DNA of 64,000 nt from positions 43,395 through 107,394 of the IMG/VR virus record IMGVR_UViG_3300042865_000182; one strand, written 5' to 3'. Below the pieces are notes generated by a model, which saw nothing but the letters and a program-made list of their open reading frames with translations, searched no databases and was not told the origin of the DNA. Origin of the DNA: a virus. The translations under genes and the position numbers were made by a program. This document shows, one piece after another, positions 55,954-63,954 of this stretch (its first letter is position 1; each line of letters begins with the position of its first letter).

Positions 55954-56606
55954 AATTCACTTTTTGTTTGTTTAATCAGCTCATTTAACCAAGGTCTAGC
56001 ACTAACAGGCTTTATCAGCATGATAGCTGCAAGATCTCTAATAGTAATTTCTGACAATGGCGCATCTGCAATCTCTTCATTAAGAAGAATCTCTCCCTTA
56101 TTAGAAGGAAACTCCTCTTCAAAATCAGGAAATAATGACAAGCTTTTCTGTAACTTAGGTAAAGAATCTTCTTTCTTAGCTTCCTCCTTTCTCTTCTCAT
56201 AAAGAGCATAAGTTATCTCAGTACCATCTTTAAGAACTGCAACTAACTCAGATGTAGGAACAGTATAAAGTTTAAAAGGCTCACCTTTAAAGTTTGTACC
56301 TTCTTTTGTTTCATACTCCTCACCATAGAATGGATTAGCTTTGTACTTAAATAACTGTCTGTCCTCATTAAAAGGTGTTACATCTGTTACAGTACCTTTG
56401 TCATCAGTAACATTGTCATAGAATTCAATATAGATATCCTCACCTTTGCTGATCTCAGATTCAAATAACTGCACTTGTCTACCAAATTTACCTTTCTGGA
56501 AAAAGGCTGTTTTAATTATAAAAAACGGATCTGCAAGACCCAGCTTTTTAAAAGTCTCAATGTGTTCTACAAAGAACTCTTTTTCTCTTTCTTTTCTTAT
56601 ATTCAT
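55950..56606 (-). CDS. Hypothetical replication-module protein
   Basis: 218 aa, ATGA-coupled to the Sak4-like gene. Confidence 0.7.
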   Translation of the reverse strand: MNIRKEREKEFFVEHIETFKKLGLADPFFIIKTAFFQKGKFGRQVQLFESEISKGEDIYIEFYDNVTDDKGTVTDVTPFNEDRQLFKYKANPFYGEEYETKEGTNFKGEPFKLYTVPTSELVAVLKDGTEITYALYEKRKEEAKKEDSLPKLQKSLSLFPDFEEEFPSNKGEILLNEEIADAPLSEITIRDLAAIMLIKPVSARPWLNELIKQTKSEL

Positions 56607-56615
56607 ACTTAAAAT

Positions 56616-57641
56616 TTACTGTGTTGATACTTTTTTAGTTGCACATGCTGGAGTAGGTATCTCTACTATTCTCATCTGCTCTCTGTCAAGTTTAAAGAAA
56701 CTTATCCTTGTGGTACCATTTCTTGATTTCAAAAAGTGAAAGACTAAAATATCCTCATCATTTATGATATATCTGTCTGGACCATACTGTCTTATTTTTC
56801 TCAGAGAGGGTTTGTTTATACCCAGCACAACATCTGCATGTTGCAATAATGCATCTGACCCATAAATATCTGAGTCTAATACATAATTACCATAATCACC
56901 ATCAAGGGCTCTCTTGGGATCATCTATATTTCTATTTAACTGGCTGAGGACTACAAAAGCTACTGGATACTTTTTCTTTAACATGGTGAGTGCTTCACCT
57001 AAAGCTCCTAACATTTCAAATTTATCTTTTTGTCCCTTACCATTTTTAAATAAAGCTGAGTGATCTATTGCAACAAGCATATTAGTGTACTCCCTTTTCT
57101 GATTACCATCTGCATCCACAGTTAACTTAGAATGCTTTTGCATTTGGTAATGTATAGTAGCACACATTTCATCTACAGTACAAGCATCATAGACTACATC
57201 TATTATATCCTTGTGAGCTGTATTATCATAATAGTCTTGACATTTTGCATAAAGAGCCTTATCAATCTTCTTACCCTTACTCATCAGGGTGTTGTAATCA
57301 GCACCTGTATTCAGACTAAATTTTCTTATACCACTGGTCTCATCAACCATTTCCATCTGAAACTTTAATATACGGAATCTTTGATCTCTGTTCATCTCAA
57401 TAATGTCACTGATCAGCTGTTCCATAAATAAAGTCTTTCCGGTACCAGGTCTAGCACCAACTACGGTGATAGTTCTCCATTCTAATCCATCACAAAAGGC
57501 ATCATTAAATTTGGGCCAGGCACTTCTTAAAGATTTTATATCTCCCCGGCTCCTAGCTGCCATCTTAGCTAATGCTTTATACAAAGCATCTCTTTCACTT
57601 ACAGGTTGTAGTGGCTGTGCACCATTAAATAATTCTGCCAT
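56616..57641 (-). CDS. dnaB: DnaB-like SF4 replicative helicase (motor domain only)
   Basis: GARPGTGKT, FQMEM, IDH, LSQLNR, SDALLQHADVV, KSRNG. Confidence 0.9.
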   Translation of the reverse strand: MAELFNGAQPLQPVSERDALYKALAKMAARSRGDIKSLRSAWPKFNDAFCDGLEWRTITVVGARPGTGKTLFMEQLISDIIEMNRDQRFRILKFQMEMVDETSGIRKFSLNTGADYNTLMSKGKKIDKALYAKCQDYYDNTAHKDIIDVVYDACTVDEMCATIHYQMQKHSKLTVDADGNQKREYTNMLVAIDHSALFKNGKGQKDKFEMLGALGEALTMLKKKYPVAFVVLSQLNRNIDDPKRALDGDYGNYVLDSDIYGSDALLQHADVVLGINKPSLRKIRQYGPDRYIINDEDILVFHFLKSRNGTTRISFFKLDREQMRIVEIPTPACATKKVSTQ

Positions 57642-57645
57642 ATGT

Positions 57646-57822
57646 TTATGTATTAGTTAAATGTTTGTTCTTAGCATAGTTATAGAAACTATGTACAACT
57701 GCCATGATTACTTCAATTATCAAATACTGCCATATATTCACATCTACAATAAATGTATCTATAACAGTAAAGCAAAATAAAGACCCCACCACAGCAATCA
57801 TAGTCAGTTTTAGATTTGTCAT
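57646..57822 (-). CDS. Small membrane protein, 58 aa, two hydrophobic segments
   Basis: Manually translated MTNLKLTMIAVVGSLFCFTVIDTFIVDVNIWQYLIIEVIMAVVHSFY...; ATGA-coupled. Confidence 0.6.
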   Translation of the reverse strand: MTNLKLTMIAVVGSLFCFTVIDTFIVDVNIWQYLIIEVIMAVVHSFYNYAKNKHLTNT

Positions 57823-58406
57823 ACTACTTTCTCACTAAAATATACTTGTTCTTCATCATCACCACTTCTAATTATCTCACAGTATGTTGCTAAATCAGAT
57901 TCAAAAGACTTATCTATGTTTTGCTTTCTTATGAAATACTGTGCAGTTCTCATAAACTCATATCTTCTTATGCTAAATTCATCTACATACTTTTCTGTGG
58001 CCTTAAATATCTCCTCCCAATCATAATCATAAGTCTCAAAGAACCATCTAAATGGTGCTTCAAGATTCTTAGCATTAACCCTGGCATATTTACCAGATGA
58101 GAGTTTCTTATTAGGAAATATTTCTACATATTTCTCTATATTTCTTACAAAGTCTTGCCCCATTAAATCTTGTGAAGTTTTCTTCTTGGTTCTCTTAAAG
58201 TAACCATTAATTTCTTCCATAAAGATAAGACTTTTACTTGTTAATTCCAAGTTTTCTGTTAGCCAATGATCCGTTTGCAGTCTCTTGCATTCTAATTCTT
58301 TGTTGACAGATTTATGGGGAACAATTTTCTCTCTTATACAATGTAAAACATAGTAAGTATTGGGTGTTAATCCTTCCTGAATTAACCTTGTAAATATATC
58401 TGTCAT
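57819..58406 (-). CDS. Hypothetical protein, possibly replication initiator/helicase loader
   Basis: 195 aa directly upstream of DnaB. Function inferred from position only. Confidence 0.4.
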   Translation of the reverse strand: MTDIFTRLIQEGLTPNTYYVLHCIREKIVPHKSVNKELECKRLQTDHWLTENLELTSKSLIFMEEINGYFKRTKKKTSQDLMGQDFVRNIEKYVEIFPNKKLSSGKYARVNAKNLEAPFRWFFETYDYDWEEIFKATEKYVDEFSIRRYEFMRTAQYFIRKQNIDKSFESDLATYCEIIRSGDDEEQVYFSEKVV

Positions 58407-58407
58407 A

Positions 58408-59106
58408 TCACCATGTTATTATATTACCTGTTGTGTTAGTTACAATAGAAGAGATCTTATTAAATACATTATCTGAATCCCATTTAGATCCGTTGTAAGC
58501 TGCACTTGCCGGATGCTTTACCATAAACTTATACTCTGTACTTGTAGTAAGCTCAGACCATTCTTCAGCTTTCTTACCCATGTACACATAAATAAGTCCA
58601 GGGTTGTAGCTATTAAGCCAGTCTAGCAGATAAGCAGTAAACTTTCTCCATATATCATAGTGACTACCTATTTTATCTACTTCAACTGTAAGAGCTGTAT
58701 TAAGCATAAGTATACCCTGATTAGACCATCTACTAAGATCTACATCTTCACTCACTGTATGACCATTATAAACTGTCCTGTTTACTTCCTCAAGAATAAA
58801 TCTAATGCTAGGCTGTGCCTTACCTGTATTACTACAACTAAATGATATTCCATCGGCTACACCAAGTTGTGCGTAAGGATCTTGTCCGATAAATACAACT
58901 TGTAACTTATCATAAGGACATTCTTCAAATGCTCTGAATACTTGTTTAAGTGGTGGGGTAAATCTTTTACCTTCCTGACTTAGTGTGTATAACCTAGTAA
59001 TTATATCATCAAAGTCACTACTAAATATAAAAGATTTAAAAACTCTACCCCAACCACTTGGCTCAAGTTTGTTAAACATTTTTTGTTTAATTTCTTCTAG
59101 TTCCAT
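58408..59106 (-). CDS. ung: Family 1 uracil-DNA glycosylase
   Basis: VFRAF, IGQDPY, ADGISFS, QGILMLNTALTV, SH, HPAS. Confidence 0.92.
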   Translation of the reverse strand: MELEEIKQKMFNKLEPSGWGRVFKSFIFSSDFDDIITRLYTLSQEGKRFTPPLKQVFRAFEECPYDKLQVVFIGQDPYAQLGVADGISFSCSNTGKAQPSIRFILEEVNRTVYNGHTVSEDVDLSRWSNQGILMLNTALTVEVDKIGSHYDIWRKFTAYLLDWLNSYNPGLIYVYMGKKAEEWSELTTSTEYKFMVKHPASAAYNGSKWDSDNVFNKISSIVTNTTGNIITW

Positions 59107-59138
59107 TTTTTTTCTATTTTTGTTTAAAATTAAAGATT

Positions 59139-59447
59139 ATGCCAGTAACAGTAAGAGAGATTAAGAATGATGCAATTATAGATATCAAAATCAATAAAAA
59201 CTTTTATTTAATGCTTAAAGCTACAATGATGTACATTTTCAAGCAAGAAGCTGATACAACAAAGTATGAAGCATTAATTAAAAAGATCATGTCTTCAGAA
59301 TCTGAAAATGAACCCCATACTGAACATGAAGCTGCATTTAAAACTATGATATTACTTTTAGCTGAAATTGAAAGACAAGCTTCTATAAATAATCTGTTTG
59401 ACACAAAAGAAATTCCACTTGAAGGTGAAGAAACTACCCAAGATTAA
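59139..59447 (+). CDS. Hypothetical protein; lone + strand gene in the - strand block
   Basis: 102 aa filling the gap between ung and 59434. TATTTTTG (TAnnTTTG) at 59115..59122 upstream. Confidence 0.65.
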   Translation: MPVTVREIKNDAIIDIKINKNFYLMLKATMMYIFKQEADTTKYEALIKKIMSSESENEPHTEHEAAFKTMILLLAEIERQASINNLFDTKEIPLEGEETTQD

Positions 59448-59796
59448 GGTTAAACTGTTCTCTTCCTATTTGTATACAAGCTTCAATAGCTAACATCAAA
59501 TCATCTTTACCACAATCTGCAAAGGATTTGCCCCCTAGACCAGATGCTTCTTTTACCGCATCTTTCATTTCATCAAAAGTATATCCGGATTCTTTTGCCA
59601 GTTCTCTAATACAAGCATGAACTTTTGCAAGTTGTGCTTTACTATGATCTGCATTTGCAAGATCTACATACATTTCTACTATCTGACCCTCTTCTAACTT
59701 GCTAATGAATATATCATAAGCCAATTTATCTTGAGGAGTAGCATAAGTTAATTTACCATCTTTCTTTACTAATTTTCCACTAAACATGCTTAACAA
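59434..59796 (-). CDS. Hypothetical protein (weak NinB/Orf-like pattern)
   Basis: QLAKVHACIRELAKESGYTFDEMK. Confidence 0.45.
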   Translation of the reverse strand: MLSMFSGKLVKKDGKLTYATPQDKLAYDIFISKLEEGQIVEMYVDLANADHSKAQLAKVHACIRELAKESGYTFDEMKDAVKEASGLGGKSFADCGKDDLMLAIEACIQIGREQFNLNLG

Positions 59797-60041
59797 GTTA
59801 TATTATTCATTATTTCCAAAAACTGATCATAATGATCCCTGGTATTAATGTTTATAGAAGGGAGCTCAAAACATCTCAATATCCAGTCATTATTTTTAGT
59901 ATCTACACTATCTGAACTGTGTAATACTAATCCACTACACATTTCTTTTTGGTAGTAGTAGTAATCATATCCATTTTGGCTTTCATCATCTGTAATCTCT
60001 ACTCTTTCAAAGCCAAGATCTACTAATTCTTTTTCTGTCAT
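59790..60041 (-). CDS. Hypothetical protein
   Basis: 83 aa, MTEKELVDLGF-type small phage protein. Confidence 0.65.
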   Translation of the reverse strand: MTEKELVDLGFERVEITDDESQNGYDYYYYQKEMCSGLVLHSSDSVDTKNNDWILRCFELPSININTRDHYDQFLEIMNNITC

Positions 60042-60045
60042 ATGC

Positions 60046-60273
60046 TTAATTTAATCCACGGCTGCAATTTATCATTGCATTTACTTTTTCTTTCTCCAGC
60101 CAAGCTAGAAATTTAAATAATCTTTTCATTACTCTAAGTTTTTATAAATAATACTAATGAGGATTGTATAAATACAATTAGTCATTCCAGTTATTATGGT
60201 CTTCATCTCTCATTGAATAAATTATAAAACCAGCAATTGCTAGTACAATCAGACCTCCTATCCAAAGTTCCAT
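60046..60273 (-). CDS. Three coupled micro-ORFs: 60178..60273 (31 aa, TM), 60129..60185 (18 aa), 60046..60129 (27 aa)
   Basis: Manual translation. They tile the gap with TAATG or short overlaps. Confidence 0.45.
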
Positions 60274-60455
60274 TATTTCTTAGTTTTAGGTGAATACTTT
60301 TTCTCAAACTTCTCCCAGCCTTTTTTATCAAACTGAGTAATCATAAGATCCATCATGATCTCATCTGTATGCTCTGCACACATTCCTATGCCCTTGATGT
60401 CTAGATCAGGACTATATCTTTTGGTAGCTGGAGCTCCACATTTAATACATGTCAT
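60273..60455 (-). CDS. Small putative zinc-finger protein
   Basis: CIKC...CAEH. Confidence 0.6.
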   Translation of the reverse strand: MTCIKCGAPATKRYSPDLDIKGIGMCAEHTDEIMMDLMITQFDKKGWEKFEKKYSPKTKK

Positions 60456-60856
60456 AACTTATTATATAAAAATGTTTCAGGACTAATTATATCTGTAGTA
60501 TAATTAATATCCTTATACTTTTCATTGTCAAGGGTCCATAATCCCATTTCTTTTATTCTTTTATCTCTTAAAGTAATTATAGAATATGCAGTAAGATAAG
60601 CATTGTCATCATCTGAACTTAGGAACATTCCCAAGAGATTCTGTTTCTCATCTTCTGTAATATATCCTGTCTTTACTAATAAGTTTAACTCAGATAGAAA
60701 AATAAATGGTCTAAAACTCCCTTTCTTAGTACCATGTGTGTACATATACCATAAGTACCCCATGTTACTATCTTCTACTTTACATACCATATGATGTTCA
60801 TGGCATATATTTTCAATAAGACTTGTAATCTTTTGGTCTTTAAAATATCTTATCAT
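60452..60856 (-). CDS. Hypothetical protein with SxDxDN motif
   Basis: 134 aa; LLGMFLSSDDDNAYLTA. Confidence 0.65.
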   Translation of the reverse strand: MIRYFKDQKITSLIENICHEHHMVCKVEDSNMGYLWYMYTHGTKKGSFRPFIFLSELNLLVKTGYITEDEKQNLLGMFLSSDDDNAYLTAYSIITLRDKRIKEMGLWTLDNEKYKDINYTTDIISPETFLYNKL

Positions 60857-61134
60857 GATCTTATAAATTTAAATATTGCTTTTAGTTTATTGTGTTCATC
60901 TATCAACCATTCTGGAGTAAATGTTTCAGCATGTTCTATAATTTGAACTCTTGTGTTAAGAGCTACATCATGGGTAAAATTTACTATCCAAACATTACTA
61001 AAATAAAGTTTAAATTCAACACTTACATTCATTTTAATAGTAATATAGCTATATTGATGATGATTATTGATAGATCTATGAAATCCATACTTCACAAGCT
61101 CTTTGCCTATTAGTTCTGTATCTCTAAGTGTCAT
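60853..61134 (-). CDS. Hypothetical protein
   Basis: 93 aa, ATGA-coupled. Confidence 0.6.
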   Translation of the reverse strand: MTLRDTELIGKELVKYGFHRSINNHHQYSYITIKMNVSVEFKLYFSNVWIVNFTHDVALNTRVQIIEHAETFTPEWLIDEHNKLKAIFKFIRS

Positions 61135-61139
61135 ACATA

Positions 61140-61574
61140 CTATTCTGATTTACTTTCTACAATTTCTATTAACTTTTCAAGACAAACAAGTTCTGCTTCT
61201 TCGTAGTTATCATATTCTTTGAGACTAAGTATAACTTCATGAGTCTTTGATAAAGGATCTTTTTTATATTCACACGTGTATCTATAATAACAAATACTAT
61301 CTGCTGTATACATTCTTTCTATCCAAGAACATAAACCATGCTTCTCTCTAAACCATCTAAATGCTTGTTGCCAAACAGGGATAGGCAATGACTCAACACT
61401 GCTATCAATAGTGCAAGCGGGATATCCGCAATGCACATTAGGTAATTGACATCCTCCGGGTTGTGCTTGGTTTTCACAAATCTTTTTAACTGCCTCGTAT
61501 CTAAAGCATGGTTCATCAAATCCAAGTTGCTTCATTCTTAAACTTAAATTATAAGGCACAAATTCTTTTTCCAT
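61140..61574 (-). CDS. Array gene: MEKEFVPY...QQAFRWFREK...YEEAE-type phage protein, 144 aa
   Basis: Start reassigned to the ATG in the junction repeat; ends SKSE. Confidence 0.75.
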   Translation of the reverse strand: MEKEFVPYNLSLRMKQLGFDEPCFRYEAVKKICENQAQPGGCQLPNVHCGYPACTIDSSVESLPIPVWQQAFRWFREKHGLCSWIERMYTADSICYYRYTCEYKKDPLSKTHEVILSLKEYDNYEEAELVCLEKLIEIVESKSE

Positions 61575-61575
61575 T

Positions 61576-61752
61576 CTATTCTGATTTAAAACAATCATAA
61601 CAAATTACTGGAAATCCTGCAGGACTCTCATCCTTTGGCATATACATCTTTTTACCTGTTGCTTGGACATATACTTCTTCTTTTGGTGCTAAGTATACAC
61701 CACATTCAGCACAGTATTCTCCATTAATCATTTTATCTGCTATTTCTCCCAT
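61576..61752 (-). CDS. Array gene: 58-aa zinc-ribbon protein
   Basis: MGEIADKMINGEYCAECG...GFPVICYDCFKSE. Confidence 0.7.
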   Translation of the reverse strand: MGEIADKMINGEYCAECGVYLAPKEEVYVQATGKKMYMPKDESPAGFPVICYDCFKSE

Positions 61753-61753
61753 T

Positions 61754-61930
61754 CTATTCTGATTTAAGGGTTTCACCAATCTTTAATAGTTTATCTTCTA
61801 TTACTTTAAGTATGCTTAAATATTCCTTTGCTTTTTGATAATTTTTTTGATGAATATTATATTTTTCATCAAAATAATTTCTTAAAAGTATTAGTTCTTG
61901 TATTGAATATTCTACTGCTGTCTGTTCCAT
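61754..61930 (-). CDS. Array gene: 58-aa MEQTAVE...TLKSE protein
   Basis: Manually translated; bounded by junction repeats; missing from the ORF track. Confidence 0.7.
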   Translation of the reverse strand: MEQTAVEYSIQELILLRNYFDEKYNIHQKNYQKAKEYLSILKVIEDKLLKIGETLKSE

Positions 61931-61931
61931 A

Positions 61932-62153
61932 CTATTCCATTGTTAGGTTACTATCAGATAAAATCTCCCGGATCTTATCCCTTAACTTTTCATAAGCCTC
62001 TCCTACTTCAGAAGGAAGTTGTTCATTATACTTAACTTCATTTCTAAGATGCTGATCTATTTCCCATATAGCAGCTCTATACTTCCACCCATCTAATGCT
62101 ACCTGAGCATCAGATGCAGCATCTTCATCTGTAAATTCAATTATTACTTTCAT
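61932..62153 (-). CDS. Array gene: 73-aa hypothetical protein
   Basis: Starts at the repeat ATG; ends GAA TAG T ATG. Confidence 0.7.
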   Translation of the reverse strand: MKVIIEFTDEDAASDAQVALDGWKYRAAIWEIDQHLRNEVKYNEQLPSEVGEAYEKLRDKIREILSDSNLTME

Positions 62154-62154
62154 T

Positions 62155-62478
62155 CTATTCTGATTTAAAGTTATTTCTATAATTATTTACTTTATCTTTA
62201 ATTTTGTCTTTATATGGTTTTGAATTGAGCCAAATTGGATTACTATCTTTTATAGGTTTTTTATATTTTTTTCCTTTTTCATATGCATTTTTTATCTGCT
62301 CTTTCTCCATTTCTAATAGTTCTGTATCAATTCTATTGAGTATGTTATCAATAGTAAGGTTAACTACTGCTTGACAAGCCTCTCTTGTCCTTAAATCTTT
62401 AATTTCTTCAAGTGCTTCATTACAAGTACTTACTGCAATTAATAAATCACTTTTTAATTCTTGCACTGCTGTTTTCAT
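62155..62478 (-). CDS. Array gene: 107-aa MKTAV...MEKEQI...FKSE protein
   Basis: Start reassigned to the repeat ATG at 62478. Confidence 0.75.
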   Translation of the reverse strand: MKTAVQELKSDLLIAVSTCNEALEEIKDLRTREACQAVVNLTIDNILNRIDTELLEMEKEQIKNAYEKGKKYKKPIKDSNPIWLNSKPYKDKIKDKVNNYRNNFKSE

Positions 62479-62479
62479 T

Positions 62480-62701
62480 CTATTCTGATTTAAAGGTTTC
62501 GTTGTAGTATAAATCTCCATGTAAAAAATCTTTGCCACAATATTTTTCTGCTGCTTCAAAGGCTTGCATTATCTGCTCTTTCTCCATTTCTTTGGCTTGT
62601 TCAATTTTATCTTTAAAATCAATATCAATATTTTTGTAGCCTAAATGTTTTTTTCTACTTGATTTTAACTCATTTACAAACCATTCTACTGCTGTTTTCA
62701 T
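62480..62701 (-). CDS. Array gene: 73-aa MKTAVEW...MEKEQI...TFKSE protein
   Basis: Bounded by two 34-bp identical repeats. Confidence 0.75.
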   Translation of the reverse strand: MKTAVEWFVNELKSSRKKHLGYKNIDIDFKDKIEQAKEMEKEQIMQAFEAAEKYCGKDFLHGDLYYNETFKSE

Positions 62702-62712
62702 TCTATTCTGAT

Positions 62713-62970
62713 TTAAAGGTTATCAAATTGTTCTTGTAACTGATCTAACTCAACAGTTACCAACTCTATTTCTTTTTCAATAGCTTCTCTCATTAAATCC
62801 ATATTCTTAAAATATAATTCCAATGGACTATTAGAAATACCAACATAAACTTCTAAGTGTACTCTACTTAAACCACAACCTTTAGCATGCTGTAACTTTC
62901 TTCTGTACTCATAAAGTTTATCATATTGATCTTTTAAGTTTTTAGCTAAATTAAATACATCATTCTTCAT
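62713..62970 (-). CDS. Hypothetical 85-aa coiled-coil protein
   Basis: Start reassigned to the ATG at 62970 (TAG-T-ATG junction). Confidence 0.6.
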   Translation of the reverse strand: MKNDVFNLAKNLKDQYDKLYEYRRKLQHAKGCGLSRVHLEVYVGISNSPLELYFKNMDLMREAIEKEIELVTVELDQLQEQFDNL

Positions 62971-62971
62971 A

Positions 62972-63052
62972 CTATTTTCTTTTACCAATTTGATAACCCA
63001 CATAGAACCATAAAACAAATCCTATGTGTGATATGATTAATATCCAAGTCAT
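62972..63052 (-). CDS. 26-aa single-TM peptide
   Basis: MTWILIISHIGFVLWFYVGYQIGKRK, flanked by AAATAGTATG junctions. Confidence 0.55.
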   Translation of the reverse strand: MTWILIISHIGFVLWFYVGYQIGKRK

Positions 63053-63053
63053 A

Positions 63054-63248
63054 CTATTTCTTTTTTTTCTGTTCTAAATAATCAATAATAAAACCAATAG
63101 CAACAATAATATTCATACCAAAAGAAGCTATTATTTCTTGAATATCCTCATAGACAGTAGACATCAAATGTACATGACCAACCATCCAGAATGGTATGGA
63201 CAAGTTTTGGCTTATCCATACCACTAGATATTTTAGAAAATGTAACAT
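63054..63248 (-). CDS. Small membrane protein
   Basis: 64 aa, two hydrophobic segments, basic tail. Confidence 0.6.
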   Translation of the reverse strand: MLHFLKYLVVWISQNLSIPFWMVGHVHLMSTVYEDIQEIIASFGMNIIVAIGFIIDYLEQKKKK

Positions 63249-63700
63249 TACTTGCTCATGAACTCATATGCAGCTTTACTGCTAGTCATCTTGAAGCTAT
63301 AAATCTCTGTTTTACAGTAGCTCTCATTTATCCTGATTCTTACTGTACTAGCTGCTTTAAATGCTTCTAAAAACAAAGGATCCTCTGCCAGGTCCCAACT
63401 AATGTAAATTACATCAGAGGAGCCCCCTTTATAACCTTCTACTGAGAATTTTTTATCTACCCCATTTACTACAAATACTACATCTACTGTAGGAGCGTCA
63501 TCACAATAGTATCCCCCACTTACTGAAAATGTTACCATTGTATCTAATTGAAATAGATACAAGTTAGCCCCATTATTTTCTGGAGTATATGCAACTTTGT
63601 ATGGTTCATCAAAACCATTATCACTTAACTTGTAAGTCCATTGAGCACTAACACATCCTGTAATTAGCATTGCTCCTAATAAATTAATCACCTTCTTCAT
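63248..63700 (-). CDS. Exported/periplasmic protein with signal peptide
   Basis: MKKVINLLGAMLITGCVSA-QW, followed by a beta-rich mature domain. Confidence 0.6.
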   Translation of the reverse strand: MKKVINLLGAMLITGCVSAQWTYKLSDNGFDEPYKVAYTPENNGANLYLFQLDTMVTFSVSGGYYCDDAPTVDVVFVVNGVDKKFSVEGYKGGSSDVIYISWDLAEDPLFLEAFKAASTVRIRINESYCKTEIYSFKMTSSKAAYEFMSK

Positions 63701-63954
63701 TGTTTTCTCTTTTTTTGGTTGTTTTCTCTGAGGGATTCTTCAAAGATTTGTCCGGCCTGTTGTACCTTTTCAATCTCTCTTGAATTTTCAAGTTCTCTAA
63801 ATTGTAGTCTAGTTTCCTGCTGGTGTCTCTCATACTCTTCCCAATTATACATTTCTAATTCTTTCATTTTGATAACATCTGCTACTGTCATGCCTTCAGG
63901 TATACCACCATTGGCTTCCATAATTTCAATACAAAGTTCTTTCATTCTTCCCAT
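63697..63954 (-). CDS. Hypothetical protein
   Basis: 85 aa, ATGA-coupled. Confidence 0.55.
   Translation of the reverse strand: MGRMKELCIEIMEANGGIPEGMTVADVIKMKELEMYNWEEYERHQQETRLQFRELENSREIEKVQQAGQIFEESLRENNQKKRKQ

Larger units (their letters stand above)
61136..62721 (-). repeat. Dispersed direct repeat TTTAAATCAGAATAGAATG at gene junctions
   Basis: Exact 19-mers at 61572-61590, 62151-62169, 62476-62494 and 62699-62717. One-mismatch copy at 61750-61768. Degenerate copy at 61136-61154. Confidence 0.95.

Noticed and set aside
61576-62559. ORF-track N-terminal extensions containing LNQNRM
   Set aside because: They are read-throughs of the junction repeat in the next gene's frame and overlap upstream genes. 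The true starts are the repeat ATGs.
61572-62717. Junction repeats as a CRISPR array
   Set aside because: Intervals are about 180-400 bp, irregular, and consist of whole genes. No cas genes are present.
61134-63056. Classical integron or diversity-generating retroelement
   Set aside because: No tyrosine integrase, attC-like palindromes, reverse transcriptase or adenine-specific TR/VR pair seen in the window.
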